The position numbers were made by a program, and so were the translations under genes. Source: Chlorokybus atmophyticus (taxonomy: Eukaryota > Plantae > Mesostigma and Chlorokybus algae). From it: DNA of 64,000 nt. Shown in pieces: positions 52,432 through 64,000 of this stretch; positions within the stretch are counted from its first letter, which is position 1, and each line of letters starts with the position of its first letter. The stretch covers positions 63,978 through 127,977 of the forward strand of contig RHPI01001043.1 in the NCBI GenBank assembly GCA_009103225.1. Direction: 5' to 3'. The notes beneath the pieces are model-generated. The model was not told the origin of the DNA, did no database searches, and saw only the letters and a list, made by a program, of their open reading frames with translations.

Positions 52432-52708
52432 GAAGTGAGGACCCCAAAGTGAGGCAACCGCGTGTGCCTTACAAGCTTCCAGATCATTTATATGTTAATA
52501 AAGGCCACAAGCAGCTTCAACACATGCTAGATTTGCAACGTTTCGAGGAGGCCATCACTGATGTGGGCCACCGCGCTTTAGCTACAAGCTCTCATTTAAC
52601 CTTATTTTAATCGCAACATAAAGAGGACCTTGTAGCGTTTTCTGAACACCTGTGTTAAAGGTGAAAAGATGCAATTACATGGTTGCCTCACTTTGGGGTC
52701 CGCACTTC
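52432..52708. mobile_element. MITE-like 277-bp unit bounded by 28-bp inverted repeats
   Basis: GAAGTGAGGACCCCAAAGTGAGGCAACC (52432-52459) versus GGTTGCCTCACTTTGGGGTCCGCACTTC (52681-52708), 1 mismatch. No clear target-site duplication. Confidence 0.5.
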
Positions 52709-53116
52709 AAGTTGTACTCTTTGCCATATTCATTGCGATGAATAGAGAGTCCGCAAACCTTTTGAAGATAGCTTTCAAATTTGATCGGCCTATTTACAAA
52801 GGAGCCCTTCTCCGCTGCACCGGAGTTCACCAAAGTGCTCCAATGAAATTGCATTGTCATGACATTGCTTGCGCACAGTGAACAGGCGATCGAGGGACTT
52901 TGCCGTCATGTAATTTTTCACTTTAGCTATAAAGAAAGGTAACAAAGCTGCTTCAACCACACAGCTTTATCAACTACTAATGTAAAGATAGTGTTTTCAA
53001 CAGCGGTGAACCTCTTGTTAATATGCTCCAATAAACCATGATGCTTTCTAACTGTCGTCATCTTTTGTGCCGTTGTCTTTGCCTTGCTGTGCCTTTTCCA
53101 ATGGCACAGCAAGGTA

Positions 53117-53430
53117 CAAGCACGGGACGAGTTCTGTGGAACACCGCCATCAGTGGTTTCCACGCGAGGCTCTTAGTAAAGTGTCAGCATGAGGCAAAGG
53201 AATTGCTAAAGCTGCGACCTGCGCGCCCTGGTTTATAGCTCTTTTCCTCCACTGTCACATCGGCGCCCTCAACCACCAAGCACGAGACGAGCTCTGTGGA
53301 ACACCGCCGGTGCTTTCTGTGCATGTCTCCTATTGTGTTAGCGTGAGGCAGATCAATTGCTGAAGCTGCGACCTGCGCGCCCTGTCTTATTGCTCTTCTC
53401 CCCTGCTGAAACATTGGAGCCTTCAATCAC
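53117..53430. repeat. Degenerate tandem duplication of a unit of about 155-160 bp
   Basis: CAAGCACG(G/A)GACGAG(T/C)TCTGTGGAACACCGCC at 53117 and 53277; GCTGCGACCTGCGCGCCCTG at 53211 and 53365. Confidence 0.85.
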
Positions 53431-54875
53431 GAGGCTATGGCAGCAAAAGTCGCTGCCATAGGGGGAGTCACAAGTATCATATATATATATATATATATAT
53501 ATATCCCCCATCCCATACATATTACATGTCTCACAACCTTTTACGCATTGTCGTCGCCACGTGTTGCCCACGTTACCTATCGAGCTCGCCGCGACCTAAT
53601 TGCGACCGGCAAGTTGCACGCCTGACCCTCGTCCCCGTCCCCATGGGATCAGACCCTCGTTGCTGCGCGTCGACAGCGAATTATCGGGCAAGCCTGCGAT
53701 CGCTCAGATAGTCGCAGGTCAAGAATTATCGCCGCTCCAACGGTTTGAGAGCCCGCGCGGCGCTTTCAGCCATTGATTTGCCAATGTTTGCCTCAGGTTC
53801 GAATGCCTCATGAGTTTCGAACCTGGGCTGCTCAGCTTCGTTACCACTACGACATTGGTGCCTTAATCACTAGCCTATGGCAGCGTCTTTCGCTGCTACA
53901 GGGGGAGCCACATGTCTCACATATGCCTCATCCCGTAAATGTCACACCCGCACAACCTCACAATAGACACAAGCCCAAGCCACCCGCAATCACCACACTC
54001 CTGCGCAAAGACCTAGCTACGCACGCTGACCATGATCACGACAACGACCACCGCCGCCGCCGCCAACGATATCGCTCTGCATGTGCGTGCCATCGTGAAT
54101 AGAGGCAAAGGGGGAGGTGTAGTAGAGTAGCACAAAGTGGAGGGACACCATACAAAAGGAGGGATGTACAGGATATGCGCGAGACAATTGTATATGCCAC
54201 AGGGCTAAGCGTAGTGCAACCTTGTACTAGCAATGGCAGCAGCAGCGGTGGTGACCGACGCCGGTGCCGATACAGCAGCAGGACGCAATAATGACGCATG
54301 AGGCTGTATGTGTGTACTGACAGCTGACGTATTACTGACTACGCCTTACTCGACAAGGAGCACAAGACAAGGCAGCATGCGCATGCTGCCAAGTTACAGT
54401 GTCTCCATTGCTGATCAGTGTACAAGTTGCGATTACGTCTCTACGGAAGTAAACCCATGCATTCATCATGGATAACAACTACAATCCATCTCGCAATTTG
54501 TCTGATACGCGCTTGTATTCGACCTCAAACTCGGCAAGACTAACTCCGCACAATGTTGCAGCCTTGCAATGTGGCATGTTTAACTCGTACATCTGCGCTG
54601 TTATACACGCCTGACACAGTGCAAAAGGTCAAAAGTTAGTCATACATGAGAATCTGCAGCAATATTTGCTGCACTATGTTGAGAACCTTTAACACATTAT
54701 TGTCAAAGACATCTGAGCCTACTGATCTGAGTATCTGCAAGCGTCCACAATAACGTGTTGCTATGTTGCAACATGATGCGTCGCAAGCCCAACGAGTCAC
54801 TCACGCAGCGCACACGTGCTTACCAGGACGGGGATAGTTGGGTTGCCAAGCTTGCAAGCTTTCTCTCTACATGGC

Positions 54876-57800
54876 TCATAAAGGTGGCACAGCTGCACCA
54901 ATGCAGGCAGCAGTAACTGCTGCACGAGATGGTGTCAAGTCAATAAAGCAAAAAGGTTTTACAACCAACTCATCCAAACACAGCAATGAGCGCTGAGGTT
55001 GATCACAGACCTGACACTGTAGAAGTTTGAGGCTGTGTGCGGCAGTCAACAACAACTGCTCATCCCATCGGAAGGAGTCAGACGAGGGACTGCTTTTCTG
55101 AGGCGTAGAGCTCTTCACCTTTGCATCATCATCTGACATACCACAGACGGAAACATGAGCGTCACCACCAATCTGTGCTTACATGCTTGAATGGTAGCCA
55201 AGCACGTCACTGAACCGCTGCACGCATCCGCAAACTGTTACCATGCAAACTCACTGCAGATTTTGTGTCAAGTCTCAACACTCATGCTGTTCAGATAGTC
55301 TCTGCAGTTTTGTTTGACTTATGGTTTGCTGCAATCTGGTGCCGCTAACCGCTAGTGCACTAAGGTGCTGTTCTGAATTGTCAACTGATATGTTACACTG
55401 ACCGCTAAACAACTCAGGCATGACAAATGATGGGGTTGTCTTTGTCACAACATGAGGATATAAATGTGGATGCCAAAGACCACCGTCGAGCAGTAGCAAA
55501 CCTGAATCATCGAAGCTGAAGCACTTGGTGACATTGTTCACGTCCGCCAACTCTTCCGTGGCCAATCGAATGGAGCTCTGCGCAGCTGCATGCGAGACCA
55601 CGCGCGTGTCCATATCAGGTAGCTCCAAGTCATGCTCACAATCAATGGCTATTGACTCCACCATGCTTCGTGTTACTCGCTGTGCAGAATTGCCGGGTGA
55701 TGGGCTGCGCTTTGCTGCCTGTTGCAGCAAGAGACTGTGACTTGTGTGATTCAGCTGTATAATGTCAACACCTGGCATGCGAGCAACACGCAGGTGCATA
55801 CAACATGCATGTGCGTAATCACCTCTTCTGTTTCATGCTTTCTCTTCTTCTGTGCTGAGACCTCGGTTCGGGCTCTAACTTCTTGCGGGCACGGCTGCAT
55901 AAGACTAAGACACATCAACAGTACATCCATATGTCACCACAGTGGGCAGCGACAACATGATGCACAATGCAGTGGTGAAGGCAGTGTCATCCTGTTTAGC
56001 GACACTGTACCCTCTTGGCTAATTTCTTCTTGGGTGTTGCAGGTTTTGAGACCTTATCCTTCTGCAATGGCTGCAAACAGGCTACCGATTACAAGGTCGC
56101 TTGCTTTGCCAGAGGGACGCGCGCACACACGCACATGCACGCAGACGTATACACAGGCAGGCAGGCAGGCACGCATACAGACACACATAGTGACCTTACA
56201 TGTTGAATCAGGGATTGGTGGCGACTGCACGCAACAGTGTTCACGTTCGTTTCAATTGCGCAGTCGGGATCATTCCACGCGCATGGCCAATGATAGATGG
56301 CATTGCAGCCGCGCCCAGCGCACTTAACGGAGGCGCTCTGCCGATGGCAATACGTGCATTCCTGCAGAAAATGTGTTATGAATGAAACAATGACTCTGGT
56401 CATGATTGTTACGTCATCACCCTGGGTCACCACGACACCATCCAACCCCATCTTACCACACGCTCGACGCGTCGCAGAAGTGTGCCTATCTCCAGCGCAT
56501 CCACGTCACCGCGAATGAGCTGATGAACGGGCTGCCGAGAGTATGTGCTGTACAGTATGCATTCATCATGCAACCAAATCAGGCGGTTGCTTTCTGGTAG
56601 GTAAAATGGCCCCGCCAAGTCAACCTCATTCAAGACACCTGTTGCGCAAGACAGGGCAACGTTGAGTCAAAAGGTAAAACCATTTTCAAGCCCTTCCCAG
56701 GCTTCCGGTTGCACAGTACCTGGATATTCACCAGCGACAATGTTGCACAGACTGCAGCGGTTCCTGAATTCAGAACCTTCAACCTATGCAAGCAACATAT
56801 TATTGAATTCTGAATAAGTGAATAAGCTTGAAGGCCTGCAAACACCAACGCTTTGAGCATGCAAGCTCCAAGTGCCATGGGGTCCAATCGGCTACATACC
56901 CTCGGCGCTTGAACCCATTTATTATCAACCCATTGCCTTCCTGGGCGCAGCAGATTGAGTGGAGACTCCAGCACATCGCCTGGTAGTAAGAAAGCCGGTG
57001 TTGGACATGCACACACACAATCATAACAAAACACATAATCACATATAGACACAAAATGTGACACACAAGCATGCACTTGGGCACAAGCATCACGCACACA
57101 CAGTTCCGCCTCTATAGACAACTCCACATCCATACACATGCGTACGCGCATCAGTATCCACGATGATATCTATGTTATGGCAACACTGTCAACCTACCAA
57201 TGCCCGTGGCAAAGAAGAGCAACGCAGTGTCATCGGCATGCCGCGGTGCTCGCAGGACAATAGCTTCCCACCAGACATCCCGCCACAAGTACTCGACCCA
57301 ACTGCCAACCTCTACATCCAAAGTGGCCACGCGCTCCCTCTCAGGCTCCCTTTTGGGACGCACAGGCAATGTGTTCGGACGAACAAGAGCCCCCTAAGAG
57401 AGTCACAACTTGTTTGTACGCCAACTTCTACAAAAGACTTGCAGTGATTTTCCCCAATGCAATGTGGTAGTTTGATAATTTTAAATCGTGCCATTGTACT
57501 CACCACTTGAGCAGCTGTCGGTTTACAAAGCTGTACCATGCCAACGAGTTTGTTGGCTGGGTCTGCATCTGACAGGAAGTCGCGGTATTCTACTTGGATT
57601 GCGCCTGGAAATATTGACTGTACCTGCATACTTTGCATGTCAAGGCGGCTGTGTACACTTGCACCGACACAAAAGCAGATCTCTCTAGCAAGGTTGTGCG
57701 AGGCATACTACTGGCTAATTGATGTCCCGCATGCAAAGAGATGACCCAATTGTAACTTTCCCAAGCCTACAACAACAACAGGCTGCTCTCTTGTACAATA

Positions 57801-58082
57801 TGGGACTGTGGAATCTAGCCACAACATTGAACTAGCCGTTCCTCGTCTCGCGTCTTTGGCAATGCCAATTATTTGCATGTGTGTTCTGATACGAACACTG
57901 ACTTGTGTTTGGGCGCGAGAGGAGCCTGTGCCGTGCAAGCTAGCCAACGCCAATGCTTGCAATGCAAGTTCGCACACACAACGCATGCACACACACACAC
58001 ATACCTTTGCAGTGGCCCAACTCCCATAAAACCCTTCCTCATTGGCAAAAACTTCAACAATGGATCCTCTCCTCCACGCCAT
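54876..58082 (-). CDS. Chromatin reader with tandem Agenet (plant Tudor-like) domains and an extended PHD (zf-HC5HC2H-like) finger; 3' exon structure uncertain
   Basis: MAWRRGSIVEVFANEEGFYGSWATAK and VEYRDF (Agenet 1). GSWVEYLWRDVWWEAIV and LRPGRQWVDNKW (Agenet 2). WLHDECILYS and CTYCHRQSASVKCAGRGCNAIYHWPCA..CSRH (ePHD). Lys-rich NLS-like KKRKH. The last exon and stop are not securely placed (55275 or 54876). Confidence 0.75.
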
Positions 58083-58978
58083 GCTGGAGGCGGGCTGTGC
58101 ATGCCTCGTCATTGCCAGTTCTTATCAGCTAAGCATTTCCTCGAGCCAGGATATCGCTATATTACACGTACTTCAAGCAATATAGCCACCCCACCGTTTG
58201 TCTGTCCACAATGACAAAACACTGAGCTGCTGCAACCTAAACTACGAGCACAGCCAAGGTTTCACAAGCTCAGCAGAGTCACCTAGTATCATGTTCGCCG
58301 TGCAACGCTGTCATGTGCATCGGCACTAACATGGCGAAAGCTCTATAAACGCTGGTTGAGCTGGTAAGTAAACCTTGCTCAACCGCAGGCATTGCACAAG
58401 CAAGCCAGTCCTAGACTTGCTGAACACAGGCTCAGTCCCTTCCGTCCAAGTTGCCTGATATGAGGCCTCCTTTCGTCACGAAAGTGCCGCAGGACTTCTT
58501 GTACTTTAGCTCACGACAACACCTCCAAACTGCAACACCACGCCCCTGCCCGCCCCAACGACACCGCCGTCTCCGTCGCCGACAACCACAGCAATAGCGG
58601 CGTTGGCGGGAATGAATAACGCTGAGGATTCACCAGCGTTGTTCACTTGCCACTGGTGAATGAACAACAGTCACCACTGGTGAAGTGGTGCATGAACAAC
58701 AGCAGTGACAGGCAATTGGGGTCGAAACCCAACGACTAGACGCGAACCTTGGCTTCCTAGACCGGATCGTGTGAACTCAGGTCGACGAACAAAGTAGGCC
58801 TAAAACCCGCAATCTCGAACCGGATGCTGGATAAACTCTGCCGTCGTTTTGCTTATCCAATCAGAAGGCTCTGCCAGGTGGCGCTTGCCTCTGCCGCCGC
58901 CGCCGCAGTGGCGTTGTGGCCGTCGTGGTGGTCATTGTCACTGTTGCTAGACGTCGTGTGGTGACGGAGCTTGTGACA

Positions 58979-61408
<2,430 letters not shown>

Positions 61409-62236
61409 AAAAGGTTTGCATGGTCCCTTTTTCTTCGGCAGCAGCCTCATTGGCTGCCTAGTGTACAGACGGCGCGTTGTAACCGAAGACATACACTACA
61501 TAGCATGGCTGACTAATGCATAATAGCTTGCAGCAAGTCCTCTCGAAATTTGTAACTCACTGAAACTATGCGCATGACACCTGGTTCTCTCCAGGGTGTG
61601 GCACTGATGCGCTGAGTACACAGCCGTGTTTGGCAACAGCGCAGGGCGTGCGATGCGTCATCAAAACAGCAACAAATGCTCACTTTGTAGGCGAAAAGGA
61701 ACCTTGTTGTGCAAGAATGTTATTGTGCAAGCTTGTCACAACAGGGGGGGCCTAGCACACTTGCAATTGCCGTTAACCAAGCCTGAGATGAGATAGCTGG
61801 ATTATGTTGTAGACTTAGTGGCCAGCGCCGTCGCGGGCGCCGCAGGCAGCGATGCATGCAAGCATGCCGGCGGCTGCAGCTCGGCAGAGGCGACGGTGGC
61901 AGCAGCTTGCATACCTTGCAAATTGTTAACTTCATAACACGGAACATGCATGCTTAGTCTTTGACTGTGACCTGTGCACCCCTTAGTACAAAGTTTGTAC
62001 TACAACGTCCGGGAGACGTCACAGCGTTTGCCAGTGAATACTTGATAATACTTGATAATCAACTACGTCACTCTCCGATATCGACAATCTCGTTCCCCGC
62101 AGGTATCCGCTTGCGGGCAGGCCTTAGAATTTAGTTATTGCTCTCATCATAGCGCTCATCCTCAACGTTGTTCGTGTTGTCGTTGTCGCCGTCCTCCTTA
62201 GCGTCTTCGTCAGCGGCGGCGGTGGCTGGCGTACAC

Positions 62237-64000
62237 ATGGCGCCCTCCGCCTCTTCGCCCCAGAAGGTTGCCCTTGTGGCTGGCGCCTCCGGCATCACGG
62301 GGCGCAACCTCATCCTGCACATGGAGAAGGCAGGGGGATGGAGCAAGATATACGGTACAAGCAGACGGCAGGGGCTGGATTTCTGCAAGAATGTCACACA
62401 CATCCAGGCAAGGGGAAGAGTTGCTCAAGTAGTTGTGCATGCATGTAATTGTGTGTCTGTTGATTGATTCCACATGCGCAGGTGGACTTGTTGAAAGATG
62501 ATGATGTGAAGAGCAAGCTTGGTCAGCTGAACGACGTCACGCACATATACTTCATGGCTTTCCAAGCCACTGGAAGCCACCCCAAAGATGTTGAGGTGAC
62601 GATTTGTCTGTGAAGTATTGCATGTGTGTAGCACTTGTTGTGTATCGTGAAGCACTCTGATGTGTTGCATGGGGACGCAAATGTGCAGGTCAATTTCGGG
62701 ATGATGAAGAATGTTGTTGAGGCGGTGCAGAACAGCTCGTCGTCGCTGCAACATGTCTTTGTGATGTCAGGGACAAAGTGGTATGGTGAGTGAGATTGCG
62801 CACCATGTGCACTTGATCAGTAATGAAGCGTGAGATGAGTAATGCGGCGTGTGGATGTGCGTAACACATGCACCGCATTGCATACTTTGTACACACTCGT
62901 GCACGACCATGCACGTGCATTCTCTCATGCACAAGCATACGCACGTGCACACACGCATGCAAACGTGCTTGCACTCGTGCGTGTGCACATGCGTATGCAC
63001 TATCAGGTTGTCTACTGACTCGCTTCATCACGCATGATTATACTTTGCAACGGCCACATGCGCATGGTTGCCTGCAGGCCCTCACCTCGGCAAAATGAAG
63101 ACACCCGCCCGGGAAGATGACCCCAGGCAAGGGCTCAAGTGCCACACCTGCATGCAGGCATCCACACACATGTGCACACAAAGTGACATGCAGACTTGCA
63201 CGAACACACACGTCACTTTACTAGCATCAGTTGTTTGTGCATGCGTGCACCAACATAGAATTTTCCAAACGCTTTATAGCTCAACAGGTCAATGGCACCG
63301 AACTTCTACTACGACATGCAAGACTACGCATCGGAGCCCGAGAGGAAGTACAGCTGGTCCTCGCTGCGGCCGAACCCCGTGTGCGGGTTCAGCAAGGGTT
63401 CGGTCATGAACCTCACCACCAGCATAGCGGTGTACGCCGCCATATGCAAAGAGATGGGACTCCCATTCCGGTACGTGATGCATGTTCTGGTGTTGTGTTG
63501 GATTGCATGTTCGGTGTTGTGTTGAGTGGCAGTCGGTAACATTCTGTGTGTGTTGTGTCTCTCAGGTTTCCCGGGACCGATGCTGCGTATTATAATGTCC
63601 TGCTCGAAGTTGTTGATGTGGACGTGCTGTCCTCGGCCGCCTGTTACGTGTCCACGCACGAGCAATGCTCCAACCAGGCGTACAACGTGTCAAATGGAGA
63701 TGTCTTCCGTTGGTGCGAGGTAAGACGAGACAGTGAGATGCGTGTGCACGTGTGTGCGCGTAAGTCTGCTCATGTACACCAGAGTTTACATGTGCGTATG
63801 TGTGTACGCGCAGCTGCTGTCACATGTGTCAGCACGGTCATATGCATTACATTGCATAATTTGTACACATGACATTAATGTGATATAACTTTCCCTGCAT
63901 AGGTTTGGCCAAAGATTGGGGCGCATTTTGGCATGGAGGTGCCTCCCCCTCAGCCCTTTTCGCTACTGGAGATGATGGCAGACAAGGAGCCGGTATGGGA
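62237..64000 (+). CDS. PRISE/VEP1 family short-chain reductase (progesterone 5-beta-reductase / iridoid synthase-like), 3'-partial
   Basis: VALVAGASGITG (Rossmann), VTHIYFMAF, SGTKWY-GPH, EDDP-RSMAPNFYYDMQD, WSSLRPNPVCG, AVYAAICKEMGLPF-RFPG, NQAYNVSNGDVFRW, VWPKIGAHFG. Includes a GC-AG intron at 63127-63287; runs off the window. Confidence 0.9.

Noticed and set aside
53795-53826. CAGGTTCGAA..TTCGAACCTG, resembling a tRNA T-arm or B box
   Set aside because: It is a 10-bp inverted repeat with no acceptor stem, D arm or anticodon arm. I found no supportable tRNA in the window.

Overview
Eukaryotic, intron-rich nuclear DNA, most consistent with a green alga. The evidence is plastid transit peptides, MEP-pathway IspF, plastid-type SufS and GGPPS, Ser-Pro4 linkers, and GT-AG introns full of alternating purine-pyrimidine CA/TG microsatellite. 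By manual splicing I can build 11 protein-coding genes. (1) A 5'-truncated giant (>3,600 aa, 23 exons in window) extracellular multi-LamG/TIG/filamin/DUF2341/Kelch protein. (2) ispF, head-to-head with (3) a TAT-targeted DUF6816-like protein, only 68 nt between start codons. (4) A divergent secreted PNGase A-like protein. (5) SPB1/FTSJ3. (6) A type II Golgi fucosyltransferase-like protein. (7) A DUF1336/EDR2-C protein. (8) An orphan two-TM protein with ENaC/DEG- or PAC-like topology. (9) Plastid sufS. (10) An Agenet-Agenet-ePHD chromatin reader. (11) GGPPS. A twelfth gene, a 3'-truncated PRISE/VEP1-type reductase, runs off the right edge. There are two assembly gaps and a gene-free, palindrome-rich repeat zone at about 50.9-53.4 kb. 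The strongest unexplained signals are: about 20-fold iteration of the palindrome GATATC in all three reading frames of the giant gene; a C/A-to-G/T synonymous-codon wave running along each exon of that gene; recurrent Pro-rich RR(R)LL candidate cleavage cassettes inside its domains; and the channel-like orphan. No database searches were possible, so all family names come from motif recognition and exon coordinates are hand-derived.
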